From a virus, in the IMG/VR virus record IMGVR_UViG_3300025117_000032: DNA of 64,000 bases, one strand, 5' to 3'. Each line of letters opens with the position of its first letter. Within the stretch, counting starts at the first letter, position 1. Under the pieces are notes generated by a model, which was not told the origin of the DNA, did not search any database, and saw only the letters and a list, made by a program, of their open reading frames with translations. A program made the translations under genes and the position numbers. Positions 41,323 to 52,152 of this stretch are shown here, in pieces.

Positions 41323-41886
41323 TTATTTTTTTGGTAGAGTCTTCTTAGGAAATGCTCTTGGTTTCTTAACCCCCCTTGTATGCTTATCAGCACAAATTGA
41401 TGCGACAAATGCATTTGGTTTTGTTACACATGGAACATGCAATGTACCCTCTACCCACCCCTTAACAGCATCATGGACTTCATTTGACTTATTCTCATTG
41501 TGAAGCCCAGGATCACTATTCACATCGGCATGAACCTCAAAAGGGATGTCCAGTTCTGTGAACAAAGGCTCAAGTCTTTGCGCCAGCTTAACAGAAATTT
41601 CAGCCTCCCTAAGAAGCCTTCTTTGCCTATTATCGTGCCTGTTCTCAAGGTGTCTGATATAGAATACCCTACCACCCTTACCGATACAATTCACATCGTA
41701 TCTATGTAGGGCAACACATTGAACCATTGAGGTAAATCTTTGTCCAAGGTTTTGGCTATCCGTACCAATGTAGGCAAAGACAAACCCGCCAGTTACTTGA
41801 GCTATTTGGTGGGTTTCCCTGATTGCTTGTTCAATGTCATTTACGGGTTCACCCTCAAGGGTTTTCCAGCCATTTATAACCGACAT
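41323..41886 (-). CDS. RNase H-like YkuK family protein
   Basis: YIGTDSQ, RLLREAEIS, EVHADVN, KPNAFVASICAD; start set at MSVING. Confidence 0.75.
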   Translation of the reverse strand: MSVINGWKTLEGEPVNDIEQAIRETHQIAQVTGGFVFAYIGTDSQNLGQRFTSMVQCVALHRYDVNCIGKGGRVFYIRHLENRHDNRQRRLLREAEISVKLAQRLEPLFTELDIPFEVHADVNSDPGLHNENKSNEVHDAVKGWVEGTLHVPCVTKPNAFVASICADKHTRGVKKPRAFPKKTLPKK

Positions 41887-41890
41887 GATT

Positions 41891-42064
41891 TTACCTCTTT
41901 TGAAGTATGTAAAACACAGCATCTCTTGTTGCATTCTCTGAAATTATGACCCAACCTTCATCCAAGCGTTGAAGCATTTCCTTACACGTTTTGCGATCAT
42001 TATACTCATGAAACGGGAGTATATACATTACATGATGAAAAGGTAATTTTGTTTGTTCTGTCAT
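41891..42064 (-). CDS. Hypothetical 57-aa protein
   Basis: MTEQTKLPF...RLDEGWVII...FYILQKR*; TAATG coupling. Confidence 0.5.
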   Translation of the reverse strand: MTEQTKLPFHHVMYILPFHEYNDRKTCKEMLQRLDEGWVIISENATRDAVFYILQKR

Positions 42065-42330
42065 TACTTTTCTCCTTTCACAACCTTACGGGAAACAAGC
42101 ACAACACTTTCAACATCAGAATATCTTGCAAAGGCATAACCATTAATGTCCCTAAAATAAACAAAAAGATGTGGATTCCCATTTTTTGTATAACTGTACA
42201 TAGAATAACCCACAACATTTGTTGTGTCACCATCTGCAAAGATCATGGTATAGGTATATTCTGTGTATGTTTTTGAACACTCACACCCACACAACATAAG
42301 CACCATAAAGGCAGCAAGTAACCACTTCAT
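42064..42330 (-). CDS. Small putative lipoprotein
   Basis: MKWLLAAFMVLMLCGC lipobox-like leader. Confidence 0.5.
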   Translation of the reverse strand: MKWLLAAFMVLMLCGCECSKTYTEYTYTMIFADGDTTNVVGYSMYSYTKNGNPHLFVYFRDINGYAFARYSDVESVVLVSRKVVKGEK

Positions 42331-42334
42331 TTCT

Positions 42335-42814
42335 TTACGTCCTTTCAAATTTCCAGACTTCGGCACCATGGTATTTTGCCCTCTTGGTTCCTATGTCTGT
42401 CAACAGGTCAACATGGTTGACCCACCTTGCATTCATGGTATCCTTGACAACCCACCAACCGGAATAATCACCAACATCATCAATGAAAACCATATCCCCA
42501 AACCTAAACGGACCACCCCATTGCCTAAGCAAATTTCTGGATAAGGCACAATACCTATAAGATCCAGCCTTGTTAATCTTTATCCTTGTGCCGTCTGCCA
42601 ATACATCTGGGTCCAAATCGGTTTGTGCAAGTAATGGTTGGTAAAGTGTCACCGTCACAACGTACTTGATAACATCAAGGTTTGACTTCGGTAAGACAAT
42701 AACCTCTGGTTGTGATATTTCCACATTGGGTTTTACAATACCATCTTTCGGAAAGAAAGTCAACAGAAAACAGAAAATAATTAGAAAGATCAATACTAGC
42801 AACACCTTCTTCAT
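42335..42814 (-). CDS. 3D-domain (MltA/RlpA-like) cell wall protein, membrane anchored
   Basis: N-terminal TM; VTLYQP..AQTD..P..LADG, ALSRNL, VKDTMN.R...VDLL. Confidence 0.75.
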   Translation of the reverse strand: MKKVLLVLIFLIIFCFLLTFFPKDGIVKPNVEISQPEVIVLPKSNLDVIKYVVTVTLYQPLLAQTDLDPDVLADGTRIKINKAGSYRYCALSRNLLRQWGGPFRFGDMVFIDDVGDYSGWWVVKDTMNARWVNHVDLLTDIGTKRAKYHGAEVWKFERT

Positions 42815-43008
42815 GTGAATGCCTTTTCACCAGCAAAGATATCGGCAGGGACAAGAACCCAATAATTGGTAAAAACAGTTACCATACCATCCTCACCAAC
42901 CGATGAAGTTATGTATTTTTCACCCCACTTCAATTCTACTTTATAAAACGGTGGAATGGTTGCTTGAACACCCCAATCCTTTATACAAATTCTTTCAAAT
43001 GTTTTCAT
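42811..43008 (-). CDS. Hypothetical protein
   Basis: ATGA-coupled short ORF. Confidence 0.45.
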   Translation of the reverse strand: MKTFERICIKDWGVQATIPPFYKVELKWGEKYITSSVGEDGMVTVFTNYWVLVPADIFAGEKAFT

Positions 43009-43325
43009 TTTTGAAACTCCCGCCAATCATCAATATCACCATAGGGGTCCGCTGGCAAATAGGGGTCTTTGTCCTCATACAACCCAAGCTGAATATCTCT
43101 AATGGTCTTCACCAAATTCAACACTTCGTTAAGAGACACCCCACCAAGCCCAACATTCACAAGCTTACGTCTAATAACCTCAATGTCCCTTCCGGTCAAT
43201 GGCTTGATTTCTATTTGATCACGCTCTTCTTGGTCTACTCTCAAAGCCCCCCTCAAGACAACAAACATGGCAAAGTTTAAGATCAAAGATAAGACACAAA
43301 GCACCAACAATGCAATTAACATCAT
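43005..43325 (-). CDS. Hypothetical membrane protein
   Basis: N-terminal hydrophobic helix. Confidence 0.5.
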   Translation of the reverse strand: MMLIALLVLCVLSLILNFAMFVVLRGALRVDQEERDQIEIKPLTGRDIEVIRRKLVNVGLGGVSLNEVLNLVKTIRDIQLGLYEDKDPYLPADPYGDIDDWREFQK

Positions 43326-43972
43326 TTCACCCCCTTGGACTCTCTATACAGCTTCATTGTTTCAGGCACAATTGGTTCAATCAATTGTTCTATCGCCCTG
43401 GCATATTCCTGTATCTCCCATTGGGCATGTTCATCATTTCTCAACATCAAAAATTTCAGGAGATTGTTTAGGTCAACTTTTGCCTTAAACGTCACCATCA
43501 TGTTTTGAGGTAATGCCATTCTGGCCTGCTCATTGCAAACACCATTGCCCAGCAAAAAATTATATGCCAAGAAGGAGGTATCAACAACATTTATAAGTGC
43601 TGTACACATCATTATATCATCTTCAAATTCCCCGGTTGACGCTTGCTTGTTTTTATCATCCTGGAATCGCCATTTTTCTGGGTAGTAAAATGACACATTA
43701 TCTTTAGTGTATCTTCTACTTGTTTCACAATAGCTCCAAGTCCTATGTCTTTGCCATTGTCTAACAACAAATAATGGAGCCTTTACTATAAATGTAAACT
43801 CAACAAATTCAAATGGGCTTGTGTGCTTATTTTTCCATAGGTACGCTAACAGCCTCCTATCCCCAAACACTTCAGAAACCTCTCCCCTAGAAACTCTAGC
43901 CGCATTAACTACATCAAGATCCGTTCCCATAAATTTTTCTAACTCGATATATCCATTACCAAGAACAATCAT
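43322..43972 (-). CDS. thyX: FAD-dependent thymidylate synthase
   Basis: NAARVS, HTSPFE, RQWQRHRTWSYCETSRRY, ARMALP, HAQWEI. Confidence 0.95.
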   Translation of the reverse strand: MIVLGNGYIELEKFMGTDLDVVNAARVSRGEVSEVFGDRRLLAYLWKNKHTSPFEFVEFTFIVKAPLFVVRQWQRHRTWSYCETSRRYTKDNVSFYYPEKWRFQDDKNKQASTGEFEDDIMMCTALINVVDTSFLAYNFLLGNGVCNEQARMALPQNMMVTFKAKVDLNNLLKFLMLRNDEHAQWEIQEYARAIEQLIEPIVPETMKLYRESKGVK

Positions 43973-44232
43973 TGTGGTACACCCCCAAAGATAAATAAAA
44001 CAAGTAAGATGACAGCCAATACTGATAAAAATATCTGGTCAATGTGTTCAACGAACCATATGTCAAATGGCACTTTTTTTGGCCTTTGATCAAAGCCAAG
44101 AAAGTCACATAGTCTATCTGCCGCAGGAAATTCACCGCGTTTTGGGTGCTTTGGTTGATTCACATGGCATCTATGATCCCTTGCCGCAGCCTCAACCTGC
44201 TTTGCGGTTGGTCTTCTTAGTATCTTGTTCAT
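43969..44232 (-). CDS. Hypothetical membrane protein
   Basis: C-terminal TM helix. Confidence 0.45.
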   Translation of the reverse strand: MNKILRRPTAKQVEAAARDHRCHVNQPKHPKRGEFPAADRLCDFLGFDQRPKKVPFDIWFVEHIDQIFLSVLAVILLVLFIFGGVPQ

Positions 44233-44831
44233 AGGATCACCCTTTCAGCAAATTTAGCAAAGTTTCTCTTTGTGTAAACAGTTCTACCATCTGCATAGAT
44301 CTCATTAACTATGGCCTTAAACTCATCTTGATGTATTATACTCAAAAAATCACAATATGTAGAATGCAGCAGCGGAAGTCTTTCCACCATTTGGTTTTCA
44401 CTGAAAAATATGTGATTTCTTATCTTCTTTGCCCGATTCCTATAATCCTCCCTCACTAATTCAACAAAAGATTGCGGATCTGTGTCTAACCACATCCAAG
44501 CAACAATCTCTTTTACTAATTTTTGTCTTTTGATATTTAAGGTCACAAATTCATCAAGATCTTGTCTAGCCTGCCATGGTGTCCAACTTCCATACACCAA
44601 AAGCTCACCAAAAATTCCCCCAAGGTTGCACAAATTCTTGACGTTTGTGAGGTTTTTCTTGATTGTGCCCAAATTTTTGAACGGAACATCATCAAATAGC
44701 GTATAAGCTTCAGCATAACCATCTTTCTTTAACACCATTCGACTTGGCATCAAAAAATTATCATGGGTCATGGAAGCAACTATGTGCCCAAACTCATGGG
44801 CAACAATCCTTTTATTTATACCATCAATCAT
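44229..44831 (-). CDS. Zinc metallopeptidase-like (M41-type HExxH) protein
   Basis: IVAHEFGHIV; LGGIFGELLVYG. Confidence 0.55.
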   Translation of the reverse strand: MIDGINKRIVAHEFGHIVASMTHDNFLMPSRMVLKKDGYAEAYTLFDDVPFKNLGTIKKNLTNVKNLCNLGGIFGELLVYGSWTPWQARQDLDEFVTLNIKRQKLVKEIVAWMWLDTDPQSFVELVREDYRNRAKKIRNHIFFSENQMVERLPLLHSTYCDFLSIIHQDEFKAIVNEIYADGRTVYTKRNFAKFAERVIL

Positions 44832-44858
44832 GCACTTGAACCTCCTAATTTACTACCA

Positions 44859-44887
44859 AGTATACAGCAAATCAAGAGGAATGTAAA
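44859..44887 (-). promoter_or_regulatory. Sigma70-like promoter TTTACA-N17-TATACT
   Basis: Near-consensus -35/-10 with 17-nt spacer ahead of an AGGAGG SD. Confidence 0.7.
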
Positions 44888-44911
44888 GGATAAACTGTAT
44901 CTTGTTATATA

Positions 44912-45094
44912 TCAACCCTTTAGTATCTGATACATATCAGATGCGATTTGACATCTCATAATATGCACCCTACTTTCATCTAATGTTATCTGATTCTCTA
45001 CTTTTAGCATCCTATTTAGCTTTTCTTCAACCCTTTGTTTCTGGGTTGGGGTTAAAGACTCGTAAAAATCACGAATTGTTATTGCCATATTCAA
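44912..45094 (-). CDS. Hypothetical protein
   Basis: Short coupled ORF. Confidence 0.45.
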   Translation of the reverse strand: MNMAITIRDFYESLTPTQKQRVEEKLNRMLKVENQITLDESRVHIMRCQIASDMYQILKG

Positions 45095-46197
45095 TTACTC
45101 CCTCTGTATACCGCGTGTGGAGTAGCTTCATAGATTGACGATGGGGATATCCTGGTAAAAACAACATTCCCAATTGCATCTTCAAGCTTTTCCATGCCAG
45201 CATAGCTTAAACCAAACCTTATACCGTCCATTGTGGACTGAAAAACCGAAGAAGTTTCACCACGGTATGGAATTTCCATGGCAACACCCTCTATATTTTT
45301 GTCCTCATCCCTATCTAACTTCGCTTCTCTTGAAGCGGAACCCCTGTAGACCTTATATATCCCACCCTGCTTGTGAATCACTTCTCCAGGCGTCCTAGAC
45401 GTTCCTGCAAATAAATAGCCTGCCATGACACTGTTTGCTCCTGCTCCTATGGCTTTGAGGATGTCTCCTGTGTATTTTATACCCCCATCGGCTATGATAG
45501 TGGGTCTTTCAGTTGGCCCCAATGGGGGCAACCCCTTTGCCCAATTGTAAACATCTGCAATAGCTGTAAACTGTGGTACACCACAACCAGTTTCTAGGCG
45601 AGTACTACAAAGCGACCCCGGCCCCACCCCGACCTTAATTCCATCAACCATATGATCCCACAAATATTTTGCAGCTTCGGCTGTAGCAACATTACCAGCT
45701 ATGATTGGATAATCAATCGGAAATTTTTGCCGTAGCTTCCCGCAAAACTCCCCAACCATTGTGTGGTGTCCATGGGCAACATCAACCAAGAAAACCAACC
45801 TACTGTTTGACCCATATGATTCAAACACACCAACCACTTGTTCTGCAATCCACAAATCATGATCCTGACACCCAAGGGATATTCCAACAACCTTGACTTG
45901 AGATTTGAGTAACAACTTCACCCTCTCAATTAGATCATGTATATCATTGTTGAACCTATGGAGGAAACATACCCCACCATACTTGTTTGCATCTAACACC
46001 ATTTCAACATCCGATATGGTGTCCATGTTTGCTGGAATAACCGGATGGTCAATGTATATGTCTGACACCAATCTTGTCCTAGTCGTTATATCAGCCCTGG
46101 TCTTTGATTGAGAAAGACTAGGTACAATTTGCACATCATCAAATGTCAACGACTCAAAAGAATTTTCCGTGAACCAACCTGCTGTTCCTTTTATCAT
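45091..46197 (-). CDS. guaB: IMP dehydrogenase/GMP reductase family protein (no CBS domains)
   Basis: [52 protein letters not shown]. Confidence 0.85.
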   Translation of the reverse strand: MIKGTAGWFTENSFESLTFDDVQIVPSLSQSKTRADITTRTRLVSDIYIDHPVIPANMDTISDVEMVLDANKYGGVCFLHRFNNDIHDLIERVKLLLKSQVKVVGISLGCQDHDLWIAEQVVGVFESYGSNSRLVFLVDVAHGHHTMVGEFCGKLRQKFPIDYPIIAGNVATAEAAKYLWDHMVDGIKVGVGPGSLCSTRLETGCGVPQFTAIADVYNWAKGLPPLGPTERPTIIADGGIKYTGDILKAIGAGANSVMAGYLFAGTSRTPGEVIHKQGGIYKVYRGSASREAKLDRDEDKNIEGVAMEIPYRGETSSVFQSTMDGIRFGLSYAGMEKLEDAIGNVVFTRISPSSIYEATPHAVYRGSN

Positions 46198-47126
46198 GTA
46201 GCATCTCCGATCAGAATGTTTTTCAGTTTAGTATAGCACCTATCTGGAGAAAAGTCAACCACAAACCTAGCAAAATTTTCCTCTATGCTTGTTCGGTACT
46301 CTTCACTAGAGATCGGTATATCCATGTAGTATTTTAGAACCTTTGCTAAATCTTCTTTCTCTCTAAAGAAATTCTTCCCCCAGGGAACTATTGCCCTATT
46401 TGCTTCCGTGTCCCTAACCAGGATTGGCGTTCCAAGAAAAACGGCATCGACAACACTAAGCGGAACACCATTTCCATTGTAAGGAGAAATGAACAACTTG
46501 GACTTCTTGATTTTCCTATGCACCAATAAATTGGATTGTAGTCCATTGAACCTTACGTTGTTGAATGTCTCAAATGGCATTTCGTATGCGCTATATATGT
46601 CTAGGTTGTGATCTGGAATCTTTTCTTCATCCTCCCCTTGCCTCATATACATGGCAAAATAAGTTTTCACGACCTCTGCTATGTTGTCTGGATATCTAGT
46701 TGCGTTGCTCACAATAACAAAGTCGCCATTTTTTTCCAACACTTCCTCTCCACCCTTATACCAGAGAGATGGCTGAACCCTTGTTGGCAAATCCCATATG
46801 AAAACCTTGATACCCTTGTCACTCAACAACTCATACATATAATACGATTGACTTAACACTCCAACAACATCCTTGTTGTTCTTCACAAAGTCCACAAAGA
46901 TTGGAACCAAATGGCTGTCAATAGACTCAACAAAAATCCAAGTTGGTTTTCTAGTTTGTAAATCGGATGATTGAAGAACCTCATCCCACTCTATCAATAG
47001 TGTATCAGCTTCATCTGGGTCTGCCACAACCTCCAACTCTTTGTCTTTAATTTGCCTGGAAACTTTCCACATCTGATTTCCCCATGTGACCCATGGATAC
47101 TGTTTTGCTTCAATGTATAGTTTCAT
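46194..47126 (-). CDS. Glycosyltransferase-like (GT-B)
   Basis: LFISPY..GVPLSVVDAVFLGTPIL resembles the GT4 C-terminal motif. Confidence 0.5.
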   Translation of the reverse strand: MKLYIEAKQYPWVTWGNQMWKVSRQIKDKELEVVADPDEADTLLIEWDEVLQSSDLQTRKPTWIFVESIDSHLVPIFVDFVKNNKDVVGVLSQSYYMYELLSDKGIKVFIWDLPTRVQPSLWYKGGEEVLEKNGDFVIVSNATRYPDNIAEVVKTYFAMYMRQGEDEEKIPDHNLDIYSAYEMPFETFNNVRFNGLQSNLLVHRKIKKSKLFISPYNGNGVPLSVVDAVFLGTPILVRDTEANRAIVPWGKNFFREKEDLAKVLKYYMDIPISSEEYRTSIEENFARFVVDFSPDRCYTKLKNILIGDAT

Positions 47127-47701
47127 TGGTTGTTCCTTTCAAATAACATTTGCATTACCGATTGATTAATATCATGATAACGAATCCTCCAACCATCACG
47201 CAAGAGGATTGGTATTAATAACCTCCCTTTACCGGCATTCAGACAATCGGGAGGAATATCATCCAATAGAATTAAAGACTTATCACCCAACCACTTCTTG
47301 GCGAAGGAATATTCATCAACCATTTCTTGTGGGTCATCTCCACCGTCCAAATACAAAAAGTTAATATTCCTATCTAAAATCTTATCCAAAAACTCTACTC
47401 CGGTCATAACATGATATTCAATCACATCTTTAAACTTAATTGTTATTTGTTTGCATTGGTCTATACAATTCTCATCTATGTCAATTGTGTGTACCCTACC
47501 ACCGAAATTTTTACAATACCACCCCCATGCGTTTGTTGCCCACCCATCTCCACTAGGACCACCACCATAACCCCCCCTGGTTGTACCAACCTCCACAAAT
47601 ATTGGGTCTTCTATGTGCATATCATGAAAAATTGTTAATGCACTAAAAAAGCTATCTCCACGCCCAATGTGTGTTATCTCTTTTCTAGGATCTGTAATCA
47701 T
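47123..47701 (-). CDS. Class I SAM-dependent methyltransferase
   Basis: VEVGTTRG, HTIDID, FLYLDG, ILLDD, GKG. Confidence 0.75.
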   Translation of the reverse strand: MITDPRKEITHIGRGDSFFSALTIFHDMHIEDPIFVEVGTTRGGYGGGPSGDGWATNAWGWYCKNFGGRVHTIDIDENCIDQCKQITIKFKDVIEYHVMTGVEFLDKILDRNINFLYLDGGDDPQEMVDEYSFAKKWLGDKSLILLDDIPPDCLNAGKGRLLIPILLRDGWRIRYHDINQSVMQMLFERNNQ

Positions 47702-48578
47702 TATAAACCCCCACTATTAGCCTTTCGAACTCCCCAAATGCCACATCTCTCTTCCACATATCTAGTTGGTGATCCCCAATGCTAGGGTAGCTTGATCCAC
47801 AAATCAAACCATAAACATCATTCAATGCTTTCAACAAATGATCATCATCCGAAAAATATTTTGCTGTTCCTTGAAACACATCAACCATTGGTTCTATTGA
47901 TCTAACCATCGACCAAGTATTAAGCAACGTAGACTCTATTGCTGGAAGACCCAAACCCTCCCCAATTGATGGCATGATGGTTAATTTTGAAGATGCTATA
48001 GATGCAACCAACACTTCCTTTGGCATATATCCCATAACCTTTATTTGCTTATGCTTTGGAATGATGGGGCTCTCTGGCCCGCATAACCAATATAACCATC
48101 CAGCTTTTTCAAAATCTGAATCAATGAATGCTTTAGCTGCCACATCTAGTTTCTTTCCAGGATCACCCAATCTACAAAACGAAATAATTCTGTTTTTCCT
48201 TGGTATCCCCCTTAGATCGTCAACCATTTCAGAGGAAACTTGACTTGGGTAATAAAACATACCAGCATCTATTCCTCTTTCTTTCAGTTGGTAAATAACC
48301 TTTTTAGAAATAGCTGTAACCTTTGTGGCTCTCTTGCAAAAAGATTGCACATAGTTTTCTATCTCTGGGTTGCCACCCAACCACTCTGAAAAGTCAAGGA
48401 CATTAGCAATGACAATCTTTCTTTCCAAATGCCGCTCATTCAATCTCCAATTCCCTGGATCACACTGAAAGATAACATCGGCTTCATCTGCATTAGATAC
48501 AATGTCAAATTTTGACACTTTTTCATAATCACCAACCCACCCCCAAGGTCCGCGAAAACCTTCTATGTATAGTTTCAT
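47685..48578 (-). CDS. Glycosyltransferase family 4
   Basis: MPSIGEGLGLPAIES. Confidence 0.8.
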   Translation of the reverse strand: MKLYIEGFRGPWGWVGDYEKVSKFDIVSNADEADVIFQCDPGNWRLNERHLERKIVIANVLDFSEWLGGNPEIENYVQSFCKRATKVTAISKKVIYQLKERGIDAGMFYYPSQVSSEMVDDLRGIPRKNRIISFCRLGDPGKKLDVAAKAFIDSDFEKAGWLYWLCGPESPIIPKHKQIKVMGYMPKEVLVASIASSKLTIMPSIGEGLGLPAIESTLLNTWSMVRSIEPMVDVFQGTAKYFSDDDHLLKALNDVYGLICGSSYPSIGDHQLDMWKRDVAFGEFERLIVGVYNDYRS

Positions 48579-49309
48579 TGTAGATAATACTTTTCAATTT
48601 GCTCCAACACTCTTGGGGGAACATCCTCAAGATTATCTGGGTTAGATTCCCATAGTTTGTTTCTGACAACGAACCAATTTTCCCCATATTCTTTTAGGGA
48701 CTTTCCATCACAGTTATCACTATCGGCAAACTTGATTCTATCTCTACCCTTTGTCCTAAGATAAGACTCACTTCTTATGTGCCCAAAATGAATAATACTC
48801 CATGGTAATAAAACGCACTTGTCTTCTCTCTTTACAGAAAGGGTTTCGTCAACCAATTTCCCATTCATCTTTATCCCAGAAGTCATATCAATAACCCTAT
48901 ATTGATAATCTGGATAGCCAATCTTGTTGTACTTATTGTGTGACCCCTGCAAATTAAATCTCTCCAAAATCCCAACCTTGGAACCAGAGGCACACATCAT
49001 TTTTACAATACAATCATTTGGCATCTCTTCAATGATTTCATCTGATCCCATGTACAAACAAAACCCTTCGTTAGACATTGCAATTGCTCTGTTCCATTGA
49101 GATGAAAAATCATCAAACTTGTGAACCAAAAGATTTACGCTTGGGTGCTTTGGTTTGAAAGCTATAACAAACTCCAATGTTCCATCTTCGTTTACTGTAT
49201 CACAAACAACATTGACTTCCGAGAAGTTGTCCATTGCCCACTCTAACCACATTGGAAGTGTGTCCATACCATTTTTTACTATCGTGCATACAGAAACATT
49301 ATCCTGCAT
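48575..49309 (-). CDS. Glycosyltransferase family 2-like
   Basis: SVCTIVKN, DDFSSQWN, GSDE, YPDYQYR, IIHFGH. Confidence 0.75.
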   Translation of the reverse strand: MQDNVSVCTIVKNGMDTLPMWLEWAMDNFSEVNVVCDTVNEDGTLEFVIAFKPKHPSVNLLVHKFDDFSSQWNRAIAMSNEGFCLYMGSDEIIEEMPNDCIVKMMCASGSKVGILERFNLQGSHNKYNKIGYPDYQYRVIDMTSGIKMNGKLVDETLSVKREDKCVLLPWSIIHFGHIRSESYLRTKGRDRIKFADSDNCDGKSLKEYGENWFVVRNKLWESNPDNLEDVPPRVLEQIEKYYLQ

Positions 49310-50270
49310 TATGTATACTCAAATCATTATTGATCATTCTACCAACCATCTCTTTGAATGAGCAACTTGGTTTCCAACCCAATTTTTCCCTGGCCTTGGA
49401 TGAATCTCCGCATAGGTTATAGATTTCCGCTGGCCTCATAAACCGTTTGTCGCAATCAACATATTTTTTCCAATCATCTATACCAACATGAGAAAACGCT
49501 AACCTTACAAACTCTTCAACTGTGTGGTTTTCCCCTGTTGCAACAACAAACTCTTCCGGTTCATCACAACCCAATATCCTAACCATAGCATCAACATAAT
49601 CTGGGGAGTATCCCCAATCTCTTTTTGTATCCAAATTTCCAAGGGTTAACTTGTCTTTTTTCCCAGCCACAATCTGTGCTACACCATCTGTTATTTTCCT
49701 TGTTACAAATTCCAACCCCCTTCGTTCTGACTCATGGTTAAACAAGATCCCACAACAAGCAAACATTCCGTAAGATTCTCTATAATTTATTGTCATGTGA
49801 TGTGCATAAACCTTAGCTATTCCGTATGGACTCCTTGGTTTAAATGGGGTATCTTCGTTTGCCATTACACCAACATGATTCCCATACATCTCACTAGTGC
49901 TGGCTTGATATAGTTTGGTGTTTGGTTTAACCTGTCGGATCGCCTCTAGTATGTTTAATACACCAATTCCATTCACTTCACTTGTCTGATTTGGGATTTC
50001 CCAACTTGACCCAACAAAAGATTGTGCAGCCAAGTTGTAAACCTCATCTGGTTGAGTGTGGTCAATACAATTAGCTAACGATTTGGGGTCTGTTAAATCT
50101 CCGGTAATAAACGAAAAGTGGTTATTTCCAACTAGGTGTGCAGAATTTTTCCTGACGGGTGTTGAAACTCTTCTCTCCATACCATACACCCTATAGCCCC
50201 TGGACAACAAAAGATCCGCAAGATGTGACCCATCCATACCATTGATTCCGGTTATTAATGAAGTTTTCAT
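49299..50270 (-). CDS. gmd: GDP-mannose 4,6-dehydratase
   Basis: LITGINGMDGSHLA, YNLAAQSFV, YQASTSEMYG, PRSPYGIAK, ILFNHES, RDWG. Confidence 0.95.
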   Translation of the reverse strand: MKTSLITGINGMDGSHLADLLLSRGYRVYGMERRVSTPVRKNSAHLVGNNHFSFITGDLTDPKSLANCIDHTQPDEVYNLAAQSFVGSSWEIPNQTSEVNGIGVLNILEAIRQVKPNTKLYQASTSEMYGNHVGVMANEDTPFKPRSPYGIAKVYAHHMTINYRESYGMFACCGILFNHESERRGLEFVTRKITDGVAQIVAGKKDKLTLGNLDTKRDWGYSPDYVDAMVRILGCDEPEEFVVATGENHTVEEFVRLAFSHVGIDDWKKYVDCDKRFMRPAEIYNLCGDSSKAREKLGWKPSCSFKEMVGRMINNDLSIHNAG

Positions 50271-51499
50271 ATTCTACTTCCTCCACCAATTATTTCAAAC
50301 TTTGGGCATGGAACAATGAATTTCCCCCCATTGTTTAGATACTCTTTTTCCCTCTTCACAAACTCACCAATAAAATGCCAAGGTAAAACAAGCATATAAT
50401 CTGGGTTGATCTTTCTCATTTCTTCTTCAGAGTAAATTGGAATGTTTGACCCAACTGTTCTCAACCCAAACTTAAACGGACTGCGTTCGGCTATACCGTC
50501 AACAAGTGTATCATTCAACCCGTACCATTGTAATAGTGTGTTGCCTTTGGTTGATGCACCATAACACCACATGCTTTTTCCTTGGGTCTTTATTTCTCGT
50601 ATGAACTCCATCGTCTGTTCTCTAAGCTTACAGATTTGTTCATAGAAGTTTAAGTATGGCTCAACTGTTGTCATGTGTTGAGCTTCTTCCATGTTTAGTA
50701 TGCTTTCAATTCTATATTGAGCAACATCCCTGAATGGTGAAGTTGCAAAATTGTAGTCACTTGATTTACATTTTCTAGCATACACCCTAAAGCTACCACC
50801 ATTAATATCATTCAATTTACAATCCACAACCTTCATTCCAACTTGGCTTAGTAGTCTGGTGATCGAAGTCAAATTGTAGTAATAGATATGTTCATGGCAG
50901 ATATTATCAAAGGCCAGTTGCCTTATCATTAGTGGGGTGTAACTCATTTGAATTACAAGCAACCCATCATCATCTAGGATTTTCTCAACATCATTGAGAA
51001 ACCCCATTGGATCATCTACATCATAGAACATTGCTATAATTGTTACAATCTTAGCTTGTTTCTCCCCAAATTTTCCAGATCTATATGCTTCCTCTGAAAA
51101 GTAATCTTGGATAACATCATCGGAAATCGCCCTGGATTCCTTTGTGTATGTACTATCTGCTGGATCTACACCAACCCTTATCATATTACTTGGGGTGTAT
51201 TTTAGAAGTGTTCCATCATTACAAGCAATGTCTAAGAACACATCCCCATCATCAATCTTTACCAAAGAAGGTAGCTTTTCTGCAATACTTTTCAACTCCT
51301 TAACCATTGTATCATTTATAGCAGACCTATACCAGTATTGGCCATACATCTTATTCGGATCAGTAGGAGATTCCAAACGTAATGCAGTAGTTTCTGGGTC
51401 AAACATCATCTTAAGTGGTTCTCTTCCACCCCTTGGTTTATCTCCTGGTTTAATAAAGTCTGAAACAAACAAATCTCCCAATGAGAACAACTCTACCAT
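50267..51499 (-). CDS. NDP-sugar C-methyltransferase
   Basis: LDIACNDGTLL, FDNICHEHIYYY, GGSFRVY, YGASTKGNTLL, LVLPWHF, GGKFIVPCP. Confidence 0.85.
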   Translation of the reverse strand: MVELFSLGDLFVSDFIKPGDKPRGGREPLKMMFDPETTALRLESPTDPNKMYGQYWYRSAINDTMVKELKSIAEKLPSLVKIDDGDVFLDIACNDGTLLKYTPSNMIRVGVDPADSTYTKESRAISDDVIQDYFSEEAYRSGKFGEKQAKIVTIIAMFYDVDDPMGFLNDVEKILDDDGLLVIQMSYTPLMIRQLAFDNICHEHIYYYNLTSITRLLSQVGMKVVDCKLNDINGGSFRVYARKCKSSDYNFATSPFRDVAQYRIESILNMEEAQHMTTVEPYLNFYEQICKLREQTMEFIREIKTQGKSMWCYGASTKGNTLLQWYGLNDTLVDGIAERSPFKFGLRTVGSNIPIYSEEEMRKINPDYMLVLPWHFIGEFVKREKEYLNNGGKFIVPCPKFEIIGGGSRI

Positions 51500-52152
51500 T
51501 TAATCTCCCCCCCAATATTACGCAAAATCTTAATACAGTCTTGATGAGCCATCGACGATGCAGAATACCCCAAACAATGAAAAAACCTTGGCCCAACCCA
51601 CCAATCTTCCCACTCCCATTTTTCCACATTAACATGATTGCATGGTCTACACTGTGGCCCATATGGGCTCCAATTTTTACTACAAGTCTTTACATCTTTG
51701 AACAACAACCCATATCCATGGTCAAAAAGAATTTCTCTGGATAATACTCGCCTTGTCTCATCCCCCAAATAAGCATCATGTTCAAATGTCATCACATCAA
51801 ATGTAAACCCGTTGTTAGTTAGAAGGTTTAAACAGCTTACACTAGCATCATCAACATCTAGTGATATGTAATTAAAATGCTTGCCCGGTTTAAACTTCAA
51901 CAGTATTTTTACGAATGGATCTTCCCTTGAAACATCAACACAAAAACACGGTGTCTTCCTGCTAGAATTGTTCATAGCATCTGCTAAGTGTTGTATTGAA
52001 TCAAATGCTAAACCAGACCACCCAATAGACTCAAGACTTGCTGTGTTGTTCCCAACTATGGGATCAGCACTACCCAAATCCAAGAATGTTCCCCTGTTGC
52101 CAAGTAGAATATGGGCAAATTGATCTTGCATTTCCATACTAGTATAGTTCAT
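51493..52152 (-). CDS. FkbM-like methyltransferase
   Basis: QD...GTFLDLGSADP..GNNT..LE..GWSG, YISLDVD, TFEHD; start set at MNYTS. Confidence 0.7.
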   Translation of the reverse strand: MNYTSMEMQDQFAHILLGNRGTFLDLGSADPIVGNNTASLESIGWSGLAFDSIQHLADAMNNSSRKTPCFCVDVSREDPFVKILLKFKPGKHFNYISLDVDDASVSCLNLLTNNGFTFDVMTFEHDAYLGDETRRVLSREILFDHGYGLLFKDVKTCSKNWSPYGPQCRPCNHVNVEKWEWEDWWVGPRFFHCLGYSASSMAHQDCIKILRNIGGEIKW